Assembly (NCBI GenBank): GCA_963727625.1
Contig: CAVSHR010000012.1
Location: 160,001 to 224,000, forward strand
Reading direction: 5' to 3'
Length of the DNA: 64,000 nucleotides
From: an uncultured delta proteobacterium
GTDB lineage: Bacteria; Desulfobacterota; Binatia; UBA9968
In this document: positions 18,695 through 28,064 of the stretch, in pieces
Numbering within the stretch: position 1 is the first letter of the stretch
Layout: every line of letters starts with the position of its first letter
Made by a program: the position numbers and the translations under genes
Notes under the pieces: model-generated
What the model was told of the DNA's origin: nothing
Databases searched by the model: none
What the model saw: the letters and a program-made list of their open reading frames with translations, nothing else

Positions 18695-19402
18695 CTAGGA
18701 CACTTGGGACATCGCGTGCGCCATACCGCCAAAATAAGCGCGATGCAGATCCATCGATTCCTTGGCGGTGTGCAGCACGTCTTCCTCGCGGCCGGGCGCG
18801 ACGTATTTTTCCAAGACATCGATAAACATATCCGAGTGTTTCACATCGGCTATGCTATGCGCGGTAAAGTTCGGCATCTGGCCGTCGGTAAAATTTAAGT
18901 CGCGCTTCCAGATCTTATACAAGCGCGTGCAATTGCCGCCACCGATATCACCCAGTAAACGATCGTCATTGGTCCACTCGGCGATGGTCGAGGCCGCGAT
19001 CGCTTCCTGCCAGGGCCGATGGCGCGCGATCCAAAACCAGCCGTAAATCGCCGCTTTGGTGGTCGGCAGCGGCTCAGCTTTAAGCACGTCGTCGACGCTC
19101 AGGCCCAATTCCTTGCCCTGTCGGAATATGAGATCCAAATGACCGGCTTTTGAATGCTCGTCTTCGACCAATTCCTCATGCTCGTGTTCCATGATCCGCT
19201 GCTTGACTTCGAACTCCGGACAGTTCGCTGCCACCTGCGGCCAGAAATTCCGCCGCTGGCGCACGTAGATGCCCAATTGCAGTAGATAAATTTGCGCCCG
19301 TCCCAGAGTCATAGGAATCGAATAAAAATGTTGCATCTCCGGCGACAGAAACAGGTCCCGCACACAGTCCCCAAGCCTTTGCCGCCATTCTTGTGGTTTC
19401 AT
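18695..19402 (-). CDS. heme-oxygenase-like diiron oxidase (CADD/PqqC/TenA superfamily)
   Basis: EE...H, E and H-x3-D-x2-H (HSIADVKH) ligand pattern; helical; GGGAGGAG RBS. Confidence 0.75.
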   Translation of the reverse strand: MKPQEWRQRLGDCVRDLFLSPEMQHFYSIPMTLGRAQIYLLQLGIYVRQRRNFWPQVAANCPEFEVKQRIMEHEHEELVEDEHSKAGHLDLIFRQGKELGLSVDDVLKAEPLPTTKAAIYGWFWIARHRPWQEAIAASTIAEWTNDDRLLGDIGGGNCTRLYKIWKRDLNFTDGQMPNFTAHSIADVKHSDMFIDVLEKYVAPGREEDVLHTAKESMDLHRAYFGGMAHAMSQVS

Positions 19403-19771
19403 GATACTCCTCCCGAAAGGCTATCTCACGCGATAGAATTTAATGATTGGGGTCTCACTCCTTCGGTACTTCCCGTTTTTCGAAAATCGCTTGGAGTTTT
19501 TCCGACCCGCTTAGTTTTTAGCACTAGCCGATCCGCGAAAGCAATGTCAAGCAAGATGCTCTGACGAAAAAAAAGGTTGCCGCAGTGGGCAAAGGCTGAG
19601 CGCACAGCAAGTGCGGGATTTAAGAAACAATGATAGCGTGATTGAGATCCCCGGAACCGACCCGCTCGCGGGGTTTATGGTGTCTCAGTCGGTCGTTACC
19701 AAGGGCAACCAATGTCATGACAAGCGGCTCGAATGCTAAAATTCTCCGTCGACTCTTCTCGTCGCCGCTGG

Positions 19772-20164
19772 TCAGTGTAACTGTTGGTTTTCTTTTGGGG
19801 CGGGCAAATAGCGGAGTAGCACGTTTTGAAGCTCAATCAGCGAAACCGGTTTGCTGATGACTTCACGGGCACCGGACTTCAAAGCAGCCTCGCGATGTTG
19901 CTCGGCAATCCAGGCAGTACAGATAATGATTGGGATGTTTTTCGTGACCTCACTGCCGCGCAGGCATGCCGTGGCCTTGATGCCGCTCATGCTGGGCATG
20001 CCAATGTCCATGAAAATCAAATCGGGCCTTTCACTCAAGGCTTTTTGCACGCCGATCTCGCCATCGTCGGCTTCGACCACCTGAAAGCCTAGATGGCGAA
20101 CGAGCATAGCAAAAAGCTCTCGACAGTCCGTATTATCTTCAACCAGCAAAACTTTATAGGTCAT
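19772..20164 (-). CDS. single-domain response regulator
   Basis: VLLVED; PDLIFMDIGMP; T and KP motifs. Confidence 0.9.
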   Translation of the reverse strand: MTYKVLLVEDNTDCRELFAMLVRHLGFQVVEADDGEIGVQKALSERPDLIFMDIGMPSMSGIKATACLRGSEVTKNIPIIICTAWIAEQHREAALKSGAREVISKPVSLIELQNVLLRYLPAPKENQQLH

Positions 20165-20180
20165 AGTCCCATATTACTGA

Positions 20181-20196
20181 AGCGAAGCACGTGCCA
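20181..20196 (-). promoter_or_regulatory. sigma54 promoter candidate
   Basis: TGGCACGTGCTTCGCT, GG-N10-GC; would give a very short leader. Confidence 0.5.
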
Positions 20197-20795
20197 AGTT
20201 TAAAAGGTTATTAAATATCAGAAGTTAAAGAATAATGGGAACCAATCCACCGGGTCGCTGTGTCGGCTCTGTCAATGGAGTGACAACGGACCGGGCTGAC
20301 AGACCGCAGGGGTGCCCTCTCGGGCAGAGAGCTAATTCGTGTCAACGTGAATCTATCGAAGCTCGCGTTGCCCCAGTAGCTCGATAGCTCCCTGCAAGGG
20401 ATTTTCGGACCTGGCCGTTGCCGGATCGATTCTCGCGCAGCCATGCACTGTCGGGATCGCTCCCGCATCCGGCGACATCAGATCGAAGTTCGCTTCATGT
20501 ACCTCCGGCGCCGTGACGTCAATCTATTATTCCGTGAGATTGAATGTAATTCAGATTTCTGTAACATCATCGAGTCATTTCCTTTTTGACGCGGATCACC
20601 GATTTCGTTACCGCACCCGAATCAGGGCACATTGGGTGCGTCACTAGGAACGCAGGGCCGGTTATCCAAAAAATGCTTTCGAAATGATGTGCCGATCTTA
20701 AGTGTTTTGCGTACATGGGAATTTCATCGAGTTTTCGCTTGCAGAAATGCAAATATGCCGGAGGCGTTCAGGAACCTTAATCTGACCGCCGAGGC

Positions 20796-20824
20796 TTGAC
20801 AGCGACCGGGGAAATTCTTAAATT
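20796..20824 (+). promoter_or_regulatory. sigma70-type promoter
   Basis: TTGACA-N17-TAAATT. Confidence 0.6.
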
Positions 20825-21050
20825 GGAAGCTGCAAGTCTCGAAACCCATCGCGCATCTGGAAACCCTTGATTTGACTGAAATATCGATCAAAGCGGCGGC
20901 TTTGCCGGCCCAGGAGCCTTTTTTGCGGTGGTTATAGAAGTTTTTGGCTAATAACGTGAACCGCGTCAGGCTTGCCGACGTCTAATTTACAGATGTGGCA
21001 TAGCTTTTGTGAGAGCAGTTCCCAATCGGGGTCAATAAAGCAGGGAGTCT

Positions 21051-22589
21051 ATGATGTTACCGCCCTTTGATACTGAGCGAACCTTAAACGAGGGATTTGA
21101 AAGAGAAGATCTTGGTGCCGCCAACATCCAAGATCAGGACGTTGATTCGGTTGCCGAAATCGATTCACCGGACAAGTTCAGCGAGGAACAAGAGAGCCCG
21201 CGCGAAGCGGCTGATACCAACCTAGGCTCGGTGCAGCAATACCTGCACGACATCGGCTCGGTGCCACTACTCAGCCGCGAACGCGAGGTCGAGCTCGCCA
21301 AAGAAGTCGAAGACGCCAGCAAGCAAATCTTTGAGGCGCTGTTTTCCGTTCCTTTTGCTCTGCGCCGCGTGGTCGAAATGGGAAGTGCGGTTGAGAATGG
21401 CGAAATCGAGATACGTGAAGTTGTCGACAAAGCCGACGAAGAGGGCGGCGAAAGCGCTCTCGACCCTAAACCTTTTCTCAAACAAATCGCCAAAATATCT
21501 CGCTTACTGAAAGAGCGCGACAGCATTTTGCGCGAGTTGAGAAAAGTTAGTTTGTCGCGGCAACGGCGCGCACGACTAAGCCATACCGAGAAAGCCAACA
21601 AGGAGAAAATTTTCGCTGCGATCCGCGGCCTCCGGCTCGCTTCCGATCATCAGGAACGGATCATCCAGCAGATCACCGGTTTGGCCGGCCGTATCGCCAG
21701 CTTGCAGCAGCAGGCGGCGGCCCACCCGAGAAAGAAACGCGCGCTGCTCAGCGAGATTCAATCCATCGGGAAAACCGTCGGCCTGAGCGCCGCCGAGTTC
21801 ATCGAACAAGTTCGCTCGATTCGCGAAGGGGAAAACCGAGTTAAGATCGGTCGCAAGGAATTCACCGAAGCCAATTTGCGATTGGTCGTGAGCATCGCCA
21901 AGAAGTACATAAACCGGGGCCTGAGTTTCTTGGATCTGGTTCAGGAAGGCAACCTCGGCTTGATGCGCGCAGTGGAAAAATTCGACTACCGCCTCGGTTT
22001 TCGCTTCTCGACTTATGCGACTTGGTGGATCCGGCAAGGCATTACCCGCGGGTTGATCGATACCGGACACACGATCCGCGTCCCCGTGCATCGGGTGGAA
22101 TCGCGCAACAAAGTAATCCAGACCGCACGTGAAATGCAGCGCAAGCTGGGCCGCGATCCGAGCCCGGAAGAAGTCGCCAAAGAACTCCGCTTGCCGGTCC
22201 CGGAATTGCTCAAGCTGATTCAAACCCATGGAGAGCCGGTATCTCTGCAGACACCGATTTGGGAAGACGGCGACGAGCTCGGCGACTTTATCGAAGATCG
22301 GGTACACCCGATTCCGGAAAATCAAGCCATGGAAGGCGTGTTGCGCACCGAGGTAAGAAAAGCCTTGGCCGTTTTAACGCCGCGTCAAGAAACCGTGCTG
22401 CGCAAGCGTTTCGGCATCGAGGAGAAACGCGATTACACGCTCGAAGAATTAGGTGAAATGTTCGCCGTCACGCGGGAACGCATCCGGCAAATCGAGCAGC
22501 GATCACTACAAATCTTGCGTAATCCGAACCGGCGCAAACCGCTGTTGCCCGGCGGCAAGCAGATCGCGATCGATGCCACGTTGAACTAA
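21051..22589 (+). CDS. RpoD-like sigma70 factor (divergent paralogue lacking a recognisable region 1.1)
   Basis: Region 1.2 YL.DIG.VPLL; [36 protein letters not shown]; [17 protein letters not shown]. Confidence 0.9.
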   Translation: MMLPPFDTERTLNEGFEREDLGAANIQDQDVDSVAEIDSPDKFSEEQESPREAADTNLGSVQQYLHDIGSVPLLSREREVELAKEVEDASKQIFEALFSVPFALRRVVEMGSAVENGEIEIREVVDKADEEGGESALDPKPFLKQIAKISRLLKERDSILRELRKVSLSRQRRARLSHTEKANKEKIFAAIRGLRLASDHQERIIQQITGLAGRIASLQQQAAAHPRKKRALLSEIQSIGKTVGLSAAEFIEQVRSIREGENRVKIGRKEFTEANLRLVVSIAKKYINRGLSFLDLVQEGNLGLMRAVEKFDYRLGFRFSTYATWWIRQGITRGLIDTGHTIRVPVHRVESRNKVIQTAREMQRKLGRDPSPEEVAKELRLPVPELLKLIQTHGEPVSLQTPIWEDGDELGDFIEDRVHPIPENQAMEGVLRTEVRKALAVLTPRQETVLRKRFGIEEKRDYTLEELGEMFAVTRERIRQIEQRSLQILRNPNRRKPLLPGGKQIAIDATLN

Positions 22590-22612
22590 ACGACGACTTC
22601 AAAAGGCCAGGC

Positions 22613-22643
22613 AAAAGGGGCGCGGAGAACCGCGCCCCTTTTT
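22613..22643 (+). terminator. intrinsic terminator, bidirectional-looking
   Basis: AAAAGGGGCGCGG-agaa-CCGCGCCCCTTTTT. Confidence 0.85.
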
Positions 22644-22659
22644 AATTCTACGCCTCCAT

Positions 22660-22858
22660 CCCCGTTTTTTGATTTTGTGCAAAGCGTCAACAGGCTTAAG
22701 CCGAACAATTCCGCGGCGCGGAGCTTGTTACCCACCATCTTACTTAAAATCCGTTTGATCGGGTGCGTCTCGCAGACCGAGACAGCTTTGCTGAGATTGT
22801 CGTCGCGGCTCTCTTGAATAGAAGCCGTGAGGTAACAATCCCGATCGGCATATTGCAT
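22660..22858 (-). pseudogene. eroded Fis-type HTH, possibly a remnant of a sigma54 activator C-terminus
   Basis: LSKAVSVCE...IKRIL....GNKLRAAELFGLS..TL..K resembles the Fis HTH consensus; no AAA+ domain upstream. Confidence 0.45.
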
Positions 22859-23082
22859 TGCGATTCGTCGATCCGTTCGATTTGGTGATCGACCTTAACC
22901 GATAGGCTCATGAACAAGGCAAAAGTAAAAGATGTTTGGCGCTCGGCCACGAGCTGCGATTTAACCCCGTAACCACTTATCGCGACCGCTCCTGGGGCGG
23001 GCAGTTTTGATCGGCGACCAAACCCTGGCCAACTGCCGGGAATCTGCCGTTTGAGCTTGTATAGTGCTAGATTGAAATAACC

Positions 23083-24204
23083 ATGATCGAACATGCAGTA
23101 TCTGACTCGATCAGTCCGTCGCTAATCCAAACCGGCACCTGCTACGTGATCTTCGCCTACGACGCCGCCCGCGCCATCGATCTCGATAGCGCCGACCGCC
23201 GCGTGCGCGAAGCCACCCAACGCCCAAGCATTCGCCGCAAACGGCGCACGCCCAGTTATTTCGAATATCAACCGCCGCCGCTGCGCGTGAGCTCGGATAG
23301 TGACTCAATCGTCGTTGGCAGCTTTACCACCGGGCGCGGCTATGATGTCATGGCGTACGATTTCGGTGCAGTCGCCGTGATCTATGCGATCGCCATCGAC
23401 GGCTCCTTCGACGCCTTGCTCCCGCTTAGCGACGAACTGTACGATAACGAAACGCTGCTCGCCGAATCGCGCCTGCGGGTCGAAGAGCTTTTGCTGGTGA
23501 TCGGCGACGCCGCCAAGATGCCCCATGCCGCGGCGGTAGTCGAAGACTATGTCGTCTTTCATATCGAAAGTTTTGCCCAGTCTGTAGATTTGAAAGGCTT
23601 CTGCGCGACCCACGCGCGGCAGATCGCACAAATTCTTCGCGCCGAGCGCCAGCCGCTGTCCGACCAAGAAGTCGAGGACGCCTCGACCGCGCGTCTTTCC
23701 TATGGCCGCGATGATGTCACCATCGTCGACTGGAACGCAGCCCTGGTCATCGACCGTGACGGCGACGACGTGCGCGCGGTTTTGGAATTCGCAAATGTCG
23801 AGCTGCTCGAGCTGCGCTACGTCGATCAGAAGCTTGATCGAGCCTTGGATCAAGCGTACGAGCGGCTGTCGGGGCGGGCCGCCAGCCTGCCGCGCCTGTT
23901 CGGTTACTACGGAGCCGACTTGCGCCGGGTCGCCGAGCTGCAAGTCGACAACGCCACCCTATTCGAAGGCGTCAACAACACACTCAAACTGCTCGGCGAT
24001 CAGTATCTGGCACGGGTGTATCGCACGGTCAACCGCCGATTTCATCTCAACGAATGGGATGAGAGCATCCTGCGCAAGCTCCAGACTCTCGAAAGCATTT
24101 ATGAAAAAATCTCCGACCAGGCCTCGAATCGGCGCATGGAGGTGCTCGAATGGGTGATCATTTTTCTCATCGCCTTCTCCATCGTCCTTGAATTCATCCA
24201 CTAA
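23083..24204 (+). CDS. hypothetical protein, RMD1/DUF155-like with C-terminal membrane helix
   Basis: Long coding-like ORF ending R.E.LEW.II.LI; family call from memory only. Confidence 0.6.
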   Translation: MIEHAVSDSISPSLIQTGTCYVIFAYDAARAIDLDSADRRVREATQRPSIRRKRRTPSYFEYQPPPLRVSSDSDSIVVGSFTTGRGYDVMAYDFGAVAVIYAIAIDGSFDALLPLSDELYDNETLLAESRLRVEELLLVIGDAAKMPHAAAVVEDYVVFHIESFAQSVDLKGFCATHARQIAQILRAERQPLSDQEVEDASTARLSYGRDDVTIVDWNAALVIDRDGDDVRAVLEFANVELLELRYVDQKLDRALDQAYERLSGRAASLPRLFGYYGADLRRVAELQVDNATLFEGVNNTLKLLGDQYLARVYRTVNRRFHLNEWDESILRKLQTLESIYEKISDQASNRRMEVLEWVIIFLIAFSIVLEFIH

Positions 24205-24216
24205 TCAGTTTTTTCG

Positions 24217-25470
24217 ATGAGCGATCTTCTCAAAACGATTATCAGCCTCGGCGTCGCTCTGACGCTCGGCCTCCTGATCGGTTTGGAACGCGGCTGGCAG
24301 GAGCGCAGCGCCTCTGAAGGGCGGCGCGTCGCTGGCATTCGCACTTTCGGCTTGATCGCGTTGCTCGGCGGCCTCTCCGAAGTGCTCGCTCGCTCTGCCG
24401 GCGAGATTTTGTTTGGTATTGCGTTCTTCGCCTTGGTCCTGCTCATGACCATCGCCCATGTCGCCGAGGCGAGCGAAAGCAAGGACTACGGCGTGACCAC
24501 GTTGATTGCCGCCCTGATCACCTTCGTCCTCGGCGCACTGGCCGTGCGAGGCGAGCACATCATCGCCGCCACCGGTGCGGTGGTCACGACCATCGTGCTC
24601 AGCCTCAAACCGGTGCTGCACCGCTGGCTGCAACTGATCTCGCCTGAAGAATTGGCCGCTGCCCTCAAACTGCTGCTGATTTCGGTAGTGATTCTGCCGA
24701 TCTTACCGGATCGCGCCTACGGTCCTTGGCAGGCGATCAATCCCTACCGGCTGTGGTGGATCGTCGTCGTGCTGGCAGCGATTTCCTTTGTCGCCTACGT
24801 CGCGGTAAAAATCGCCGGCGCTGAATGGGGCATTCTGTTGACCGGCTTCTTGGGCGGGATGGTCTCGTCTACCGGCGTGAGCATTCATTTGGCACGCTTG
24901 GCCGGAACACTGTCGCAGGACGATATACTGGTGGCCGGCGTGTTGGTGGCATCGGCGACGATGTTTCTCCGCGTCCTCGCCCTCGTCGGCGCGCTCAATT
25001 TCGAACTTTTGAAGTCGCTGGGTATGCCCATGCTCGCCATGGCTGTCTGTCTCGCCGGTGCCGCTCTGGTTTACGCCCGAAGGAGCAAGCAAACCCGGGT
25101 CGATTCATTGAAACTGCGCAACCCGATGGAGCTCGGTCCGGCGTTCGAGTTCGGCTTGCTGCTCGCGGTGATTTTCTTGGCCACCAAAGCAGCCCAGGCT
25201 TGGCTCGGCGAAGCCGGCCTTTATCTGGTCGCTATCATTTCCGGCGTCGCCGACGTGGACGCCATCACTATCTCGTTAACGCGTTTAGCCGGCGGCGAAG
25301 TTGCTTTGCGATCGGCTTCTTTGGCGGTATTCGTCGCTACCATGGTCAACACCATCACGAAAACGATTTTGGTCGCGGTCCTCGGTGGCCGGACGATCGG
25401 CGCCAAGGTCGCCTGGCCGATGATCTGCAGCTTGGTCCTCGGCGCGGCCCTGACCTGGGGTCTGGCGTGA
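24217..25470 (+). CDS. MgtC/SapB-DUF4010 membrane protein
   Basis: LGLLIGLERGW; AGIRTF; G.TT; GG.VSST; SG.ADVDAI. Confidence 0.88.
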   Translation: MSDLLKTIISLGVALTLGLLIGLERGWQERSASEGRRVAGIRTFGLIALLGGLSEVLARSAGEILFGIAFFALVLLMTIAHVAEASESKDYGVTTLIAALITFVLGALAVRGEHIIAATGAVVTTIVLSLKPVLHRWLQLISPEELAAALKLLLISVVILPILPDRAYGPWQAINPYRLWWIVVVLAAISFVAYVAVKIAGAEWGILLTGFLGGMVSSTGVSIHLARLAGTLSQDDILVAGVLVASATMFLRVLALVGALNFELLKSLGMPMLAMAVCLAGAALVYARRSKQTRVDSLKLRNPMELGPAFEFGLLLAVIFLATKAAQAWLGEAGLYLVAIISGVADVDAITISLTRLAGGEVALRSASLAVFVATMVNTITKTILVAVLGGRTIGAKVAWPMICSLVLGAALTWGLA

Positions 25471-25697
25471 TTGGCGCAAACTAGCTCAGGCAGATTCTTC
25501 CAGCAAGGAGAATCCCATGGCCGGCCCTTTTGCCTTTTTACTTTTTACTTGCCCCTTCTCCACCCTTCTAAGAAGCTTGTTAGAGTCACGGTTATTGGAT
25601 AAATTTTGACAAATGGAGCGAATTGCAAATTTGTGCCATTGGAATCTAGCCAGGGGCACCGCTTTCGCAAAGGAAAATTTCAATGAACCGGTCAACC

Positions 25698-25844
25698 ATG
25701 CAAGATCTTGAAGCCTACAAGGCCAATTCCAGGATCGATTTCTATCTCGCCGGCGGTTCGCGTCTAGTCTATATCAGCCGCTGGATTGTTAGCGGAATTG
25801 TCATTGTATTCTGGCTCGTAATCCGGTGGCGCGGGCTTGAATGA
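25698..25844 (+). CDS. putative 48-aa single-pass membrane protein
   Basis: Manual translation MQDLEAYKANSRIDFYLAGGSRLVYISRWIVSGIVIVFWLVIRWRGLE; GG-N10-GC motif at 25654-25669. Confidence 0.3.
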   Translation: MQDLEAYKANSRIDFYLAGGSRLVYISRWIVSGIVIVFWLVIRWRGLE

Positions 25845-26190
25845 TTTTGTCGAAGCCAGCCCGGCCCGCGCAGATCTTCTCGCCCACGGCAAATTTCGCA
25901 TCTGCAAGGGTGAGCGCGGCGTCGGACATTCGCAGCCGCGAACCTCGGCCGCCAACGCTGACAGATTCACAGGCAAAGACTGAATCTCGGGACTATGAAC
26001 ATCGAGCAAAAATAATCTCGACGTACGACATCCGATCGAATCATCGTTCTCGCGGACCTCACCTGTGAAACCGGCGCGCTGAAAATCAACATGCAGGACG
26101 CGAACATCGGCCACCGAACGAGATAGGTCTTGTGAAATCGGAAAAGTCCTTTGTAGCGACGACATATTGCACGGGAACGACAGACTCATA

Positions 26191-27156
26191 ATGGATGCTT
26201 TGCTAAACGACGAGCCCGCAGCCATCGTTGGCCGGCTCGCGCCGAGCCCGACGGGTCACTTGCATCTCGGCCATGCGCGCTCGTTTCTGCTCGCCTGGTG
26301 GCACGCGCGGTCGCGCGGCGGCCGGATCATTCTCCGGCTTGAGGACCTTGACGTCGAGCGCGTCAAGCCGGCCATGCTCGACGCGACGATTGAGGATCTG
26401 CGCTGGCTCGGACTCGACTGGGACCGCGAGCCCTACGTGCAATCGAGCGGTGTGGCCGACATCGACGCGGCCGCTGAATCGCTCCTCGCCCGCGGCTTGG
26501 CCTACCCGTGCATCTGCACACGCAAAGAAATCTTCGCGGCGGTCTCCGCCCCGCACGGTGGCGAGAACGCTACGATCTATCCAGGAACCTGCCGCGGCAA
26601 ATTCCCCACGTTAGCCGATGCCGAACAGGCCACCGGGCGCCCCGCCGCGCTGCGCTTTCGCGTGCCCGATGTCATTGTGCGCATCGACGACGCGCTTCAG
26701 GGCGTACGCGAGTACGACGCCCGCATGATGCTCGGCGACTTTCCCATCTTACGCCGCGTCGGCAAGCCCGCCTATCAACTCGCCGTCGTCGTCGACGACG
26801 CCCGCCAAGGCGTCACCGAGATTGTGCGCGGCGCCGACCTGCTCGAAAGCTGCGCACGGCAATGGTTGATCCAGGAGGCGCTCGGTTATCGCCATCCGCG
26901 TTGGTGGCATGTGCCTCTCGTCACCGATGAATTCGGCCGCCGACTCGCCAAGCGTAGTGACGATGTGTCCCTCGCCCGCCTGCGCAGCGCCGGTACCGAT
27001 CCAGGCCAAATCGTTTCTTGGGTGGCGCGCTCCTCGGGTATCGCGGCCCCTCCTCGTGTTCATGCGCGCGAGCTAGTCGATCGCTTCGACATGAGGCTCC
27101 TGCCCCGGGCTGAGGTCCGCATCACGCGTGCGGATCTGAAAAAGTTAGGCCTTTAA
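26191..27156 (+). CDS. gluQ: glutamyl-Q tRNA(Asp) synthetase
   Basis: GRLAPSPTG.LHLG; C.CTR...Y.G.C; AYQLAVVVDD; RLAKR; no anticodon-binding domain. Confidence 0.9.
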   Translation: MDALLNDEPAAIVGRLAPSPTGHLHLGHARSFLLAWWHARSRGGRIILRLEDLDVERVKPAMLDATIEDLRWLGLDWDREPYVQSSGVADIDAAAESLLARGLAYPCICTRKEIFAAVSAPHGGENATIYPGTCRGKFPTLADAEQATGRPAALRFRVPDVIVRIDDALQGVREYDARMMLGDFPILRRVGKPAYQLAVVVDDARQGVTEIVRGADLLESCARQWLIQEALGYRHPRWWHVPLVTDEFGRRLAKRSDDVSLARLRSAGTDPGQIVSWVARSSGIAAPPRVHARELVDRFDMRLLPRAEVRITRADLKKLGL

Positions 27157-27391
27157 CGACCTGGATTCATTTCAGCCAAGAGATGCGGAGTACGCAGTCG
27201 TTGAATTCGTGCACTCGGCGACCTCGGCGCCTCCGCGGTAAACAATCCGGATTCGCTTCGACGAAGTCTCACCCATCTTGTCGTGTCCAGGCCTTGATGA
27301 AATACTGCTGCTAGCAAGAATTTGCCTCCAGCCCGGCGCAGTGATGGAATCTCAACACCGGATAATCTTGAGGATGAACTAAGGAAACAAC

Positions 27392-27970
27392 ATGATTAAC
27401 GACCCCATCGCCAGATTCAAAGAATTGTTAGCCCAAGCCGAGCAATCGGGCCTTCCGCCCCATAACGCCGCGGCTCTGGCGACCACCGGCAATGATCGGC
27501 AACCCACCGGCCGCATGGTGCTGTTGAAAGATGTCAACGAAGCGGGCTTTGTCTTCTACACCAACCTTGAGAGTCGCAAGGCGCGTCAACTCGCCGACAA
27601 TCCGCGCGCTTCGCTTTGTTTCTGGTGGCCGCAGTTGAAACGCCAGGTGCGGGTCGAGGGAAGAATCAAGCGAGTCAGCGACCGGGAAGCCGATGAATAT
27701 TTCGCCAGCCGCCCGCGCGGGAGTCAGATCGGCGCCTGGGCGTCGCATCAGAGCAGCGAAATCTCGTCGCGCGACGAACTCCTTGCTGCGGTAACATCAC
27801 TAACCGAGAAGTACAAGGACCAGCCCGTGCCCCGACCACAGTATTGGTCGGGCTATCGGTTGGCGCCCGAGCGTATCGAGTTCTGGAAAGAGCAGCCCGA
27901 CCGTTTGCATGAGCGTGAAGTTTGCACGCGCCATGGCGACGGCTGGCAGGTTACCCTTCTAGCTCCCTAA
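27392..27970 (+). CDS. pdxH: pyridoxine/pyridoxamine 5'-phosphate oxidase
   Basis: RMVLLK; FYTN..SRK; RQVRVEG; SQIGAWAS.QS; EFW....DRLH.R. Confidence 0.95.
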   Translation: MINDPIARFKELLAQAEQSGLPPHNAAALATTGNDRQPTGRMVLLKDVNEAGFVFYTNLESRKARQLADNPRASLCFWWPQLKRQVRVEGRIKRVSDREADEYFASRPRGSQIGAWASHQSSEISSRDELLAAVTSLTEKYKDQPVPRPQYWSGYRLAPERIEFWKEQPDRLHEREVCTRHGDGWQVTLLAP

Positions 27971-28064
27971 AGAGCCTCGCGCTCCGCGTCCGATCAGCAG
28001 CGAGCCTCTACGTCACTCCATTGGCGCAGTCGTATAAAGGCTCCAAATAGCTGATACTCGTTTT

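Noticed and set aside
19575-19720. GGCAAA-containing segment as a c-di-GMP riboswitch
   Set aside because: No GAAA tetraloop/receptor architecture could be built.
25520-25560. Short heptamer-like runs (also 22915-22932, 27214-27240 and 31125-31240)
   Set aside because: Degenerate, two to three units each, typical intergenic low-complexity repeats; no array.
25624-25638. TGGCACAAATTTGCA on the minus strand as a sigma54 promoter
   Set aside because: Spacing is GG-N9-GC, one base short, and it points into the end of a convergent gene.
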